DNA of 40,871 nucleotides from a virus (lineage: Duplodnaviria; Caudoviricetes): positions 1 through 40,871 of the IMG/VR virus record IMGVR_UViG_3300049023_000043, one strand, 5' to 3'. Every line of letters begins with the position of its first letter. Positions within the stretch are counted from its first letter, which is position 1. Below the pieces are notes generated by a model. It had not been told where the DNA came from and did no database searches. It saw only the letters and a list, made by a program, of their open reading frames with translations. The translations under genes and the position numbers were made by a program. Below, in pieces: positions 6,027 through 15,284 of the stretch.

Positions 6027-8362
6027 CAATTATCTGCGCTATACCGCTTCGCCACATCTGCCGCCACCGTGATCAGTAAATGCGGGCTGTCACGCTTGAC
6101 GAAGAGGCGCGGCTTGCCGTTGTCGGGTTGCACGATGTTGTTCACGCGGCCATCTGTCAAAGCCGGATGATAGTCATAGCCCAAGCCCTGCATCATCTCG
6201 CGGCGGCGGATGTGGGACAAGCGGCGCGCGGCGTTCATCTTCTCAAGCAAGCGTTCCAATGCCATGCTGGATACCCAGCCACCGGAGAAGCCCGGCAAGC
6301 CCTGTTCGATGGCTTCCAGCACTTCCTGTTCAACGCCACCTGTGCTCCGCTCGATCGCTTCACTGGTCGATGAAGTATCCGGTGCGCGTTGGCACCGACC
6401 GGCAGGGTTGAACTCAGGATCAATAGGGTACGTGTTGAGATAGTGCGCGACGATGGCATAGCCGTCACCCTTGAGCCAGTCGTAGAGATCAGTAAAGTAG
6501 CTACCGGGGAAGTCGCGATGGATGTCAGCGACCGATTGCTGGGCGGAGAAGAACATAGCGAAGCGGCGACCGTTGGCCGACTTGGGCACAGCGTCCTTGT
6601 TGTTCGCGTTGAACATGAAGTTGCCGCATATATCCGCCGAGATCTGGTCTACCCCCTTCCCCTCGATCTCCAAGCCATCGCCCCCCGTGATCATCGGCTT
6701 CAATTCCTCGATGATGTCGAGTGTGGTCATGCCGCTCGGACGGTAGATGTCTTCCACGGCGTAAAAAAGCTTGTTGAGCATCCAGCCGTTGAATTGGTTA
6801 CTGAGCTTGCTCGCTTTGGGCCAATGCGTATAGCGGCGACCCACGGCTTCCGCAACGCACCGAGAGAGCAAGGACTTGCCATTGCCTTCCGCCCCCTGGA
6901 CGACCGGCGCCCATTGGAACTTGACGCCCTTATGCTGGATGCAGGCGGCCATGTAGCTCAAGAGGATACGTTGATCACGCTCGTTGGGGAGTAACTTGCG
7001 CACATGGTTGAGGAACGGCGTAGCGTCACCGGATATCATGCGCACTTCGGCCGGCCAGTACACGTTGACGGCAGACCGCCCCTCCCTCGTGACGATAGAA
7101 CCAGGTGCGAGATCCGGCCTAAAGCATGTCGTATCGGCACGCGGCGCACGAAATGCTTGTGACTCGGTAAAAGCTTCCCAAGCGTTACGGCTGGTGCGCT
7201 CGTTGCCCGCGTCCATCATGTAAGTGAAGCCGCCGAATTGCGCGCGGAATTGGTCGGGGCGAAGCATCTCGCCGCCTGGCACCATGACCTTGTGGGCGTC
7301 TCGCACGTAGACGCAACCTGCAAATAGCTTGATCTGGTTGTCGATGGAGAGGAAGGTCGTGCCGGTGACCCGAGAAGGCATCACGCAGTCTTGTTGCGGT
7401 ACGACCGTACCTTCCAGGCGCTCGACCTGCTTGTCGATCAGCACGTCACGCTGTTGGGCCACGGCAGACAAGATGGTGCGCGGCAGGTAGTCTTCCCGTT
7501 CCCACTTCTCACGTACCAGCCCCGATAGGCGCATGAGCCCCAGGATGCGCTCGCAGTTACAGCCTGTCCAGAAAGCGAGATGCTGGGCGAGCGCGCGGTC
7601 GGCGGAAGACTCGTCAAACTCGCGCTCGTTGTCAGGGTAGGCCAGCGCCAGGATCTCGACGTTTCGAGTCCACAGGTCGGCAAAGGTGGCACTCTGCCCA
7701 AAGGCGGCCTTGGCGCTTGCCGACTTGAGCGCACGGCGGATCAAGTCATCATCTTCGAGCGGGCCGTTCCAGTCCGCTCTTGGCTCGACCGTCCAGTTGG
7801 CAATCTCTGAGCCCGCTTTGGCCTGGAAGTAGTGCTCGACCAGCCAAGGTAAAACGTGGCTCATATCGGCCGCGGCGTTGCCGATAGCCCCCTTCCCTGT
7901 CAGCGCAACAAAGCGGCCCTCGGTGTAGAGTTCGAGGCCGTAATGGACATTCTTGCACGCATGGGGCGGGCAGGTGCCGGTGCCGAAGATGTGGAGACCG
8001 CGACCCGATTGGGACACTTCCACCGCGGCGCCCGAGAAGGCCTGCATGAGCGAGTTGGCCAATTCGTTCCAGGCCGTGCCGTCCGGCGTTACGCATCCAT
8101 CGAGGTCGAGGAAGAAGAACGGGTCATGAACCGTGAACACGAAAGCCACGCCGAAGCCCTCTCCAAGCATCTCGGCTTGAGCGCATGCCTCGGTGGCGGT
8201 AATCCAGTATTGCGGATCCTGTGAATCGATGACGGCCTTGGCCGCCAATGAGTAGGGCAATTTGTCCATCTTGCCCGGCTTGCGGGTGCTCGGTACGAGT
8301 TTGTAGAGTATGAATTGCCTGTACTGGCCGAGCGCGGCCAACGCCTCCGGTAACTGCTGCAT
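6023..8362 (-). CDS. Primase-polymerase/SF3-type helicase (NrS-1-like architecture)
   Basis: N-terminal LDLD, EVSQSGRGLH and ELY..GRF prim-pol motifs; helical bundle SSADRALAQHLAFWTG; Walker A GAEGNGKS. Confidence 0.85.
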   Translation of the reverse strand: MQQLPEALAALGQYRQFILYKLVPSTRKPGKMDKLPYSLAAKAVIDSQDPQYWITATEACAQAEMLGEGFGVAFVFTVHDPFFFLDLDGCVTPDGTAWNELANSLMQAFSGAAVEVSQSGRGLHIFGTGTCPPHACKNVHYGLELYTEGRFVALTGKGAIGNAAADMSHVLPWLVEHYFQAKAGSEIANWTVEPRADWNGPLEDDDLIRRALKSASAKAAFGQSATFADLWTRNVEILALAYPDNEREFDESSADRALAQHLAFWTGCNCERILGLMRLSGLVREKWEREDYLPRTILSAVAQQRDVLIDKQVERLEGTVVPQQDCVMPSRVTGTTFLSIDNQIKLFAGCVYVRDAHKVMVPGGEMLRPDQFRAQFGGFTYMMDAGNERTSRNAWEAFTESQAFRAPRADTTCFRPDLAPGSIVTREGRSAVNVYWPAEVRMISGDATPFLNHVRKLLPNERDQRILLSYMAACIQHKGVKFQWAPVVQGAEGNGKSLLSRCVAEAVGRRYTHWPKASKLSNQFNGWMLNKLFYAVEDIYRPSGMTTLDIIEELKPMITGGDGLEIEGKGVDQISADICGNFMFNANNKDAVPKSANGRRFAMFFSAQQSVADIHRDFPGSYFTDLYDWLKGDGYAIVAHYLNTYPIDPEFNPAGRCQRAPDTSSTSEAIERSTGGVEQEVLEAIEQGLPGFSGGWVSSMALERLLEKMNAARRLSHIRRREMMQGLGYDYHPALTDGRVNNIVQPDNGKPRLFVKRDSPHLLITVAADVAKRYSADNC

Positions 8363-8370
8363 GGCGCGCT

Positions 8371-8694
8371 CTATCGTGACATATAGAGTTTGAGGGCGGC
8401 GTCCTTGACTTCCTGGGGCGCTTTCTTCGCTTGGGCATCACCTTGAACCAAGGCTTGCGCGATGATCTCAAGGATAGGGCGCTCCGCGTGGATCGCCGCT
8501 CGGATGACGGCGCGCTTGAGCTGCGGCATGGTATTAAAGTACCGGTTGACGAGCCCACAGGACACGTTGGCTTCCTTGGCCACGGACTCGCGTTTCAGCT
8601 TCTCCAAGCCTTCCCGCTTAGCGACCATGAGTGCCGCGTCGAGAATCATCTGTTGGCGGTCTTCCGGCTTTTGTCGATAGAATCGAGCGTTCAT
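8371..8694 (-). CDS. TetR-family HTH transcriptional regulator (short)
   Basis: RQQMILDAAL..REG....ESVAKEANVSCGLVNRYF is a TetR N-terminal pattern. Confidence 0.8.
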   Translation of the reverse strand: MNARFYRQKPEDRQQMILDAALMVAKREGLEKLKRESVAKEANVSCGLVNRYFNTMPQLKRAVIRAAIHAERPILEIIAQALVQGDAQAKKAPQEVKDAALKLYMSR

Positions 8695-8707
8695 TACGTT
8701 TTCCTCT

Positions 8708-8752
8708 TTGATTGTTGCGTCAATAGTATTACGGGAGTGACGGGTAGGTCAA
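8708..8752 (-). promoter_or_regulatory. Promoter with tandem operator variants upstream of the TetR-like gene
   Basis: TTGACC-18nt-TACTAT; TTGAC-N6-GTCAC (8737-8752) and TTGAC-N6-ATCAA (8708-8723). Confidence 0.7.
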
Positions 8753-8755
8753 CAA

Positions 8756-9220
8756 TTATAATGACCCTCGGCCATTACAAAATGCCGCATCCCCGCCCAA
8801 GGCGTTGACATGGTTGATCCAGTTCTGTTGCGCTATCTCTCGATCCGTGCCGCTCCACCGCCAGCCGCCCGACTTGCACTCGCGGGACAGGAATTGACCG
8901 ATGGTATGCCCGACATGCGCAGGCGTGATCAACACTGGCCGAATCCCTATGAGGTCGCCCGACTTAATCAGCTTGTTCATCTTCTCCGAGTCGTTCGCCA
9001 GGCCATAGCGGATAAAATTGCCCTTGTCGTCATAGCACGCCCCGACATTGTTCCGGTAGAGCCGCATGCCCTTTTCAGACGCTTCGAGCCGCACCTGGGC
9101 GACTACGGCCGCTTCGGAACTATCGTCACGCGGGGTCGAGAGTACGCCCGTGGCATCCAGTAACTCGCGTAACGCTTCGGGCGGGATGTGCCAGCGGGCG
9201 GCCCATTGGGATAGGATCAT
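8756..9220 (-). CDS. VRR-NUC-like PD-(D/E)xK nuclease / Holliday junction resolvase
   Basis: LYRNNVGA...RYGL...SGDLIG...RECK...Q motifs; adjacent to the helicase. Confidence 0.75.
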   Translation of the reverse strand: MILSQWAARWHIPPEALRELLDATGVLSTPRDDSSEAAVVAQVRLEASEKGMRLYRNNVGACYDDKGNFIRYGLANDSEKMNKLIKSGDLIGIRPVLITPAHVGHTIGQFLSRECKSGGWRWSGTDREIAQQNWINHVNALGGDAAFCNGRGSL

Positions 9221-11913
9221 GTCGCACTCCCTTGAATATTATTTTCCGATAGCCACGCTTCGATACGCTCGCGCAGCGCTGTAGCGTCCTTGACGCCGAG
9301 TGTCTGCGCGGTCATCACATCCACGCCCCAGGTCAGGTAGAACCGCTTTTGCACGACTCGGACATCCTCGCCCATGGCTGTCCAGTAACCGCCCCATAGG
9401 GCAATGGCGGCGCGTAGGTCACGCTGGGCTTCCTGCCGCTCCGTGTGGCGATTGTAGATTGAGCGTTGAACGACCGATGACTGCCACGACGAGATATTGG
9501 GCGCCCCGTCGATACGATCTATCTCACCGCGTAGGTGCGCGAGGAATATCGGATCGAGTTCGTGCAGATCGCCATCCACGTACTCGGGCAATGACCGCGC
9601 TACGATGGTTGGTTTGACGTTGCAATAGGGGCATTGCGTGAGGCGACGAGGATATGCCGCCAGGCAATTGAGGTTGTCGCACACTCGTACCGCTTCGGCA
9701 TCGACGGCGGCAGCGCGTTTGCGCTCTCCACGGTCTAGCGTCCAGTCCGTCTTGGCATCGGGCGGCCCATGGCGCACAAAGTTGCCCACGTGGTCGATGA
9801 TGATGGCGTATTCCTTACCCTGCATCGGGCGTAACGCACGGCCCATTTGTTGCGCGTAGAGACTGAAACTTTCCGTCTTGCGCACGAACGATACGACCTC
9901 GATTGCAGGAAGGTCGAAGCCTTCGCCCAGGATATCGACTGACGTGATTTGCAGGATTTCGCGCTTCTCGAACCGGCGCAGAATGTCCGCGCGTAACTCG
10001 TCGGGCGTCTCCCCCGTCAGCACTTCGGCCGGCACACCAGCGTCACGATAGGCCTGAGCTAGTTCCTTGGCCGCTTCGACATCGACGGCAAAAGTAACGC
10101 CAAGCTTGCCGGTGGCGAGCCGCTTGTAGTGCGATACAACATCGCCAACGATACGGGTGGACTTATGCACCGCAGCGCGCAGTTTCGGGAGGCTGTAATC
10201 GCCGGAAGCCGTCACGTCCACGGTGGAGTAGTCCACGTCACTCGGCGGTACGAACACGCGGTAGTCGCACAGGAAGCCCTGGTTGATCAAGTCGCGCATC
10301 GTCGGGCCTACAACCAGGGCATCGGCAAGCCCGTCAGCGTGACGACCAAGCCCCTTACGATCGGCTCGTATCGGAGTCGCGGTGGGGAGTAGTCCTACGG
10401 CATTGGGAAACATCGCGGCGGCTTTTCCCCACTTGTTCTCGCGCAATACGTGGTGACAATTATGGACAACTATGCCGTTGGCGATGTAGGTGTGCAAACC
10501 TTCAACTTCGATATTGTAGACATAACCGTCATCGTCACGCGATCCGTTTCCGTCAGAATCTCCGCGTTGGTAAACCTCAAGGTAGTCCACCCTAGCCCAG
10601 CTAAGAACGCTTCTTTTTTGCGATCCTGTTCTCGTCGTACCCCCGTATGGCTCGCCCCATCCGCTTCGAGAGCAATCTTCATCGACGGATGCGCTAAGTC
10701 CGGCTTGTAGCAAGTCGGGTAGCCCGAGCCTCGCGGCATCCGCGTCTTGATTGGGTACTGCGCTACAAAGCCTAGATTCTCGAAGAGCACCAGGAGCATC
10801 GCTTCCGCTTGACTTGGCGGTCTCCCGTTCCCGCCCTGCTCCCTCGGACGGTGGCCCAGCCGCTTCATCGTGGCCGACACTTTCAGCCTCGTATGGGCGT
10901 GTTGCATCGGATTGTTGGCTTTCATTCGAGCCGAGGCATGCACCTTGTTCGTCCTGGCCATGGTCTCGCTCGATATCCGAGAGCGGTACGCTTTGGAACA
11001 CGCTATGCCGCAATACGCCCTCTGCGTCTTTTTCCATTGGCTGAATCGATGACCGCTGAGATCTGCCGTTTTGTCGCACTCGGAACACGGTACTTGCGGC
11101 AGTTGTCGAGGCGGTCTCGGTTTCTGGGTTGCCGTGCGGTGGGCATAGCCGCAGGTCTTGTTGCAAAATATCAGACCCGTCTTGCGTAACCGATACCGTT
11201 GGCTTTCCGTTGTCGATTCGATTGTCTTCCCGCATTGCGTACAGTTCATCTATCAGTACCTCGTCATCGAGAGTTAAGTTGCCAGCCTCGACCCAACCGC
11301 GCCGAGTGTAAAAAGGGTGACCTTGCGTGCATCTTAATACATGGTGTCCTACTTTAACACGCATCATGTATTTAGGTGCGACATTTTTGAACATCCGAAC
11401 CACGGCACGTTGCTCGACCGCTCCGGTTTCCTCGTTAAAAGCCGACACGATATCCCCGGGCCGCAGGCTCTCAATAGGCTTACCATCAATCAAGGTGCCC
11501 GCAACAAAACACTCGTCTATGCACCAAATTTTAACTGAGGCAAACCATGGGTCGCGCGGATCGAGATTGACGAGCGTATCGACGCCGGCCACCGCGACCG
11601 GACTGTTCCGATTGGTGAAGTCCTGGCCGACCAGCTTCATGTGGAGACCAGCGATACGCCTACCTAGCTTTGAGTCGCCGATGACGCGGTGGCGCACTCC
11701 GTTACGAGCGAGTGCTACGCTCAACTGGCTCACAAGTTCCTTGCGGTGCGCGATGGCCACGGCTGGCGCCTTGAACGCCTTGAGCACTTCGGAGATCACG
11801 ACCGTCTTACCGCCGCCGGTCGGCAACACCATCATGGTCGCTTTGGAACCTTGCTGGTACGTCTGGAACACCGTGTCGAAAAGGTCTTGTTGGTACGGGC
11901 GAAGCGTGGGCAT
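9217..11913 (-). CDS. SF2 (DExH) helicase precursor containing an intein; 547 aa after splicing
   Basis: LRPYQ, PTGGGKT, DE|CH, TATP, EGFDLP and QQMGRALR motifs, C-terminal Zn finger. Confidence 0.92.
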   Translation of the reverse strand: MPTLRPYQQDLFDTVFQTYQQGSKATMMVLPTGGGKTVVISEVLKAFKAPAVAIAHRKELVSQLSVALARNGVRHRVIGDSKLGRRIAGLHMKLVGQDFTNRNSPVAVAGVDTLVNLDPRDPWFASVKIWCIDECFVAGTLIDGKPIESLRPGDIVSAFNEETGAVEQRAVVRMFKNVAPKYMMRVKVGHHVLRCTQGHPFYTRRGWVEAGNLTLDDEVLIDELYAMREDNRIDNGKPTVSVTQDGSDILQQDLRLCPPHGNPETETASTTAASTVFRVRQNGRSQRSSIQPMEKDAEGVLRHSVFQSVPLSDIERDHGQDEQGACLGSNESQQSDATRPYEAESVGHDEAAGPPSEGAGRERETAKSSGSDAPGALRESRLCSAVPNQDADAARLGLPDLLQAGLSASVDEDCSRSGWGEPYGGTTRTGSQKRSVLSWARVDYLEVYQRGDSDGNGSRDDDGYVYNIEVEGLHTYIANGIVVHNCHHVLRENKWGKAAAMFPNAVGLLPTATPIRADRKGLGRHADGLADALVVGPTMRDLINQGFLCDYRVFVPPSDVDYSTVDVTASGDYSLPKLRAAVHKSTRIVGDVVSHYKRLATGKLGVTFAVDVEAAKELAQAYRDAGVPAEVLTGETPDELRADILRRFEKREILQITSVDILGEGFDLPAIEVVSFVRKTESFSLYAQQMGRALRPMQGKEYAIIIDHVGNFVRHGPPDAKTDWTLDRGERKRAAAVDAEAVRVCDNLNCLAAYPRRLTQCPYCNVKPTIVARSLPEYVDGDLHELDPIFLAHLRGEIDRIDGAPNISSWQSSVVQRSIYNRHTERQEAQRDLRAAIALWGGYWTAMGEDVRVVQKRFYLTWGVDVMTAQTLGVKDATALRERIEAWLSENNIQGSAT
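10459..11511 (-). mobile_element. 351-aa intein inserted in helicase Walker B (DE|CH)
   Basis: Starts CFVAGTLI; block B CTQGHPFYT; block F VYNIEVEGLHTYIANG; ends VVHN followed by Cys+1. Confidence 0.93.
10470..11249 (-). CDS. Nested alternate-frame Vsr/DUF559-like endonuclease with N-terminal zinc fingers (putative intein homing endonuclease)
   Basis: Two CxxC...CxxxC modules; YKPDLA..KIALEADGASH...DRKKEAFL..LGWTTLRFTNAEI; its own GAGGT SD 8 nt upstream; +1 frame relative to the intein. Confidence 0.85.
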   Translation of the reverse strand: MNCTQCGKTIESTTESQRYRLRKTGLIFCNKTCGYAHRTATQKPRPPRQLPQVPCSECDKTADLSGHRFSQWKKTQRAYCGIACSKAYRSRISSETMARTNKVHASARMKANNPMQHAHTRLKVSATMKRLGHRPREQGGNGRPPSQAEAMLLVLFENLGFVAQYPIKTRMPRGSGYPTCYKPDLAHPSMKIALEADGASHTGVRREQDRKKEAFLAGLGWTTLRFTNAEILTETDRVTMTVMSTISKLKVCTPTSPTA

Positions 11914-11935
11914 AAAATATTTTGCTTAAAATTAG

Positions 11936-11979
11936 TTGACCGAGCCGTCAGTATGCTTTACGATTTGTCTCGTAGTCAA
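11936..11979. promoter_or_regulatory. Overlapping divergent promoters of the replication module, with operator variant
   Basis: Plus strand TTGACC-17nt-TACGAT with TTGAC-N6-GTCAG; minus strand TTGACT-18nt-CATACT. Confidence 0.7.
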
Positions 11980-12005
11980 CTTTTATTTTCAACGGAGACA
12001 TAAAA

Positions 12006-12950
12006 ATGTTCCTTATCAAAGATGGTGTAATCGAAGCAACCGCGCCGACCATGGCCGAGGTCAAAGAGCTGTACCTTTTCGTGCGCAAGGGCGGCAACGA
12101 GCCTGCTCGTCCCCTATTAACTGACGATGATGCGCTGGCGGATCTCAACGGTACGCCTCGGCCTGATTGGCCCGCCGGTACTCCCGAACCAGAGCCAGCC
12201 GCGCCCCTGAAAGCAGCTTTACCCTTCAATGCCGCCAACACCTACAAGGACGGCGATTCGGCACTGATCGGCGACAAGGTATTCACGAAGCACAAAGGCC
12301 AATGGATCGACCCGAGCGCTATCCCCGTGGCCGAACTAGAAAAGCACGAGGCAGAGACCGCCGACCCAAAGCAGATTTTCGGTGCCCACTCTACTGCGGG
12401 TGCCGAAGCGTTGACGACTGCCCCCGTGGATACGCCGGCAGCTTCTTCGATCCCGACCCCGCCTGCCGCACCCGTACCGCCTGCACCGAGCCTCGAAGTT
12501 ACGGCGCCTGCCCCTACGGCACATGCGGCCCCTTCGAGCCCTGCCAACGGCGTCATGCTGGATAAGCGCGGCTTGCCATGGGACGCCCGTATTCACAGTT
12601 CCAGCAAGGCCATCCTGTCCAACGGTAACTGGCGGAACATGCGTGGCGTTGACGCCGCTTTGGTCGCCCAGGTCGAAGCGGAACTCTACGCAACAATGAA
12701 GGCTGCGCCGGCCGCTATTGTCATGCCAGCGGCACCGGTTGTGCCCGCTCCTCCTAGCGCCGAGGCCGACCCTACCGACTTCGCCTCGCTTGTGATGCTC
12801 CTGTCCGACTTGCAGCTCAAGGGCCGGATCACCAAGGAACAAATCGGCGCCGTGGTGAACGACAACGGCCTCGCGGCACTACCGGTACTAGCGAACCGTC
12901 CTGATCTCGTCGATCCTGTATGGCAAGGCATCAAGGCGCTCTTGGTATGA
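12006..12950 (+). CDS. Replication-module protein of unknown function with Pro/Ala linkers
   Basis: AACGGAGA RBS; DKRGLPWDARIHSSSK domain; precedes the Cas4-like nuclease. Confidence 0.8.
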   Translation: MFLIKDGVIEATAPTMAEVKELYLFVRKGGNEPARPLLTDDDALADLNGTPRPDWPAGTPEPEPAAPLKAALPFNAANTYKDGDSALIGDKVFTKHKGQWIDPSAIPVAELEKHEAETADPKQIFGAHSTAGAEALTTAPVDTPAASSIPTPPAAPVPPAPSLEVTAPAPTAHAAPSSPANGVMLDKRGLPWDARIHSSSKAILSNGNWRNMRGVDAALVAQVEAELYATMKAAPAAIVMPAAPVVPAPPSAEADPTDFASLVMLLSDLQLKGRITKEQIGAVVNDNGLAALPVLANRPDLVDPVWQGIKALLV

Positions 12951-14080
12951 GCGAACACGCACGATTAGCACCGTCCAGCGCCGCAAGGCGCCGGGCGTGC
13001 CCGGGCTCCCTACAGATGTCCGAGCGGCATCCCGAAACTGAGGAAACCGAAGCGGCACGAGAGGGCACCGCGGCGCACGAGGTCATGGCGCACTTGCTGT
13101 TACAAGGCGTGCTCTTACCGATCGGCCACGTCTGTTCCAATGGCGTAGTCGTCACCGACGAGATGCAAAGCGGTGCGCTGCTCATAGGCAACAACGTGAA
13201 AGCCGTAATGGAATCAAACCCCGGCGGCCAGTTGCGCGTCGAGGAACGGGTCTCCATCGCCAGTATCAATCCCGAGTGCTGGGGTACGCCGGATGTGAGC
13301 TACTTCACAGGTTCCGCGCTATACGAGTGGGACTACAAGTTCGGCCATGGCTTCGTGGAGGTCTACGAGAACTGGCAGTTGATTGAGTACGCGGCGGGCT
13401 TGCTCGACCTCTACGGGGTCAACGGCATGTCCGATCATCACATCATGGTTCACATGCGTATCGTCCAACCTCGATGCTTTCACCCCGAGGGCCAGATCCG
13501 CGAGTGGAAAACCCTGGCCGTCAATCTACGGGGCCTCTTCAATGAGGCGCGTAACTTCGAGGCGGCATCGCTTGAAACACTGGCGGCGCTCACCGTTTCG
13601 GAAGAGTGCGACTATTGCCCCGCGCGGCACGCTTGTACCGCTTTGCAACATGCGTCTCTGAAAGCGTGCGATCGTGCCTATGAGTCGAACCCGTTTGACC
13701 TACCCAACGATGCACTTGGGCGAGAAGCGGCGACACTTGACCGGGCAATGAAGCTACTAGAAGCTCGCAAGACAAGCCTAGAAGCGCAAATTGAAGCCAA
13801 GATACGGAACGGCGAGCAAGTACCGTATTGGGCGCTGGGGCGCGGCCAGGGCAAGTTGCAATGGAAAGTCCCTTCGGCACAAGTCGTAACGCTCGGGGAT
13901 CTCATGGGCGTGGATTTACGGAAGCCCGTCGATGTGGTCACGCCTCGGCAAGCCAAGGAAAAGAAGATCGACCCTGCGCTAGTCGAGCAATTTAGCGAGT
14001 TCGTACCGGGCAAGATCCAGTTGGTCAGAGAGGATAATTCTTTGGCCGCAAGAGTATTTGACGCAAAGGTCAATAAGTAG
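12947..14080 (+). CDS. Cas4-like/DUF2800 PD-(D/E)xK exonuclease
   Basis: HARLAPSS..R..CPGS, EGTAAH, GTPD, DYKFG, QL..YA and CDYCPARHAC motifs; ATGA-coupled start. Confidence 0.85.
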   Translation: MSEHARLAPSSAARRRACPGSLQMSERHPETEETEAAREGTAAHEVMAHLLLQGVLLPIGHVCSNGVVVTDEMQSGALLIGNNVKAVMESNPGGQLRVEERVSIASINPECWGTPDVSYFTGSALYEWDYKFGHGFVEVYENWQLIEYAAGLLDLYGVNGMSDHHIMVHMRIVQPRCFHPEGQIREWKTLAVNLRGLFNEARNFEAASLETLAALTVSEECDYCPARHACTALQHASLKACDRAYESNPFDLPNDALGREAATLDRAMKLLEARKTSLEAQIEAKIRNGEQVPYWALGRGQGKLQWKVPSAQVVTLGDLMGVDLRKPVDVVTPRQAKEKKIDPALVEQFSEFVPGKIQLVREDNSLAARVFDAKVNK

Positions 14081-14086
14081 TATCGT
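14058..14086 (+). promoter_or_regulatory. Promoter with a perfect TTGAC-N6-GTCAA operator upstream of the SSB gene
   Basis: TTGACG-17nt-TATCGT; TTGAC-GCAAAG-GTCAA-TAAG. Confidence 0.75.
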
Positions 14087-14118
14087 ACATTTTCATTCAC
14101 CTAGAACGGAGAAACATC

Positions 14119-15000
14119 ATGGCAGAAGTTCACGCATTTACTACGCCGGTCGGCCGACTTGTCGGTGGATCGGTTTCACGCGCCCGCGAAGTATTGGACG
14201 CCAACAACAAGCCGCGCCTGATCACCACGGGGGTCGATATCGGCAAACCGATGATGGAGTATAGCTTCGGTATCGCCATTCCTAAGACGCCAGGCGCTAC
14301 GCATTGGTCGCAAGAGGCATGGGGCGCACCTATCTGGGCGATGGCCCACGCTTCATGGCCAAACGGTGAGGCGCAACGTCCAGACTTTAGCTGGAAGATC
14401 ACTGACGGCGACTCGACCATCCCGAACAAGAAGGGCCGTAAGCCATGTGACCAGGAAGGCTACAAGGGCCATTGGGTCATCTGGTATAGCGGCATGCTGG
14501 CGCCTCGCTACTACACCCTCATGGGCGTAGCGGAAGCGACCCCGCTTGCTGATCCCGAGATCATCAAAAACGGCTACTACGTGCAAGTCTACGGTAACTG
14601 CCGTAGCAATGCGCCAAGCCAATCGCCGGGCATCTACATGAATCACTCGATGGTCTGCCTCGTCGCATACGGCGAAGAGATCGTGAGCGGCCCAGACGTA
14701 TCGGCAGCGGGCTTCGGCGGAGCACCTTTGCCTGCCGGTGCAAGCACAACCCCCGTGGCGAGCTTTACTCCGCCGGTAGCACCGCCACCAGCGGCTCCTG
14801 CACCCGTGGCCACGCCTGCACCTGCCGCAGTCATCGTGCCGCCCAATCCGGCCGTGATGCAGCCGCCCGCTCCGCCAGCGCCACCAGCGGCTCCCGTTCG
14901 CCAGTTGACCGAGAAGGCCAACGGCGCAACTTATGAGCAACTGATCGCGGCAGGCTGGAACGACCAGACCCTAGTTCAACACGGTTTGATGGTCGGTTAA
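14119..15000 (+). CDS. Single-stranded DNA-binding protein (DUF2815/gp2.5-like)
   Basis: TPVGRL, DGD...EGYKGHW and GIYMN motifs; position between the Cas4-like gene and PolA. Confidence 0.7.
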   Translation: MAEVHAFTTPVGRLVGGSVSRAREVLDANNKPRLITTGVDIGKPMMEYSFGIAIPKTPGATHWSQEAWGAPIWAMAHASWPNGEAQRPDFSWKITDGDSTIPNKKGRKPCDQEGYKGHWVIWYSGMLAPRYYTLMGVAEATPLADPEIIKNGYYVQVYGNCRSNAPSQSPGIYMNHSMVCLVAYGEEIVSGPDVSAAGFGGAPLPAGASTTPVASFTPPVAPPPAAPAPVATPAPAAVIVPPNPAVMQPPAPPAPPAAPVRQLTEKANGATYEQLIAAGWNDQTLVQHGLMVG

Positions 15001-15007
15001 GATGTAC

Positions 15008-15036
15008 CGAGGCGGGCTTCGGCTCGCCTCGTTTCT
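15008..15036 (+). terminator. Intrinsic terminator after the SSB gene
   Basis: CGAGGCGGGC-TTCG-GCTCGCCTCG-TTTCT. Confidence 0.75.
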
Positions 15037-15050
15037 ACGGAGGTTTGACT

Positions 15051-15284
15051 ATGTTCCATGAGATCCAGGGGTCGAGCGTGATCCTGAAAAGCGGCGGTGT
15101 GTTCCGCCAGGCTAAATGCTACAGCTACAACGGCACCGTGTTTGCCAAGTGGGGCAACGGGTTCATTAAGCTCAAAAAGTACATGAACGGTACGAGCGTT
15201 CCGCATGTGTCGTGGGAAGCCATCGACTTGCCGTTCATTCCTATCTTCTCGAACACGGGGGATATGAATGTTCCAACCGCCTAG
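15051..15284 (+). CDS. Hypothetical protein (77 aa)
   Basis: GGAGG SD before the ATG at 15051. Confidence 0.7.
   Translation: MFHEIQGSSVILKSGGVFRQAKCYSYNGTVFAKWGNGFIKLKKYMNGTSVPHVSWEAIDLPFIPIFSNTGDMNVPTA

Noticed and set aside
10600-11240. In-frame intein interior as a degenerate LAGLIDADG domain
   Set aside because: No dodecapeptide motif; its composition is explained as the off-frame reading of the nested endonuclease.
12947-14080. Cas4-like gene as evidence of CRISPR-Cas
   Set aside because: No cas1/cas2 and no repeat-spacer array; it sits in the usual nuclease-SSB-PolA replication module.
14740-14900. Pro/Ala-rich repetitive DNA in the SSB gene (also 12400-12770)
   Set aside because: Low-complexity protein linkers with no exact DNA repeat unit.
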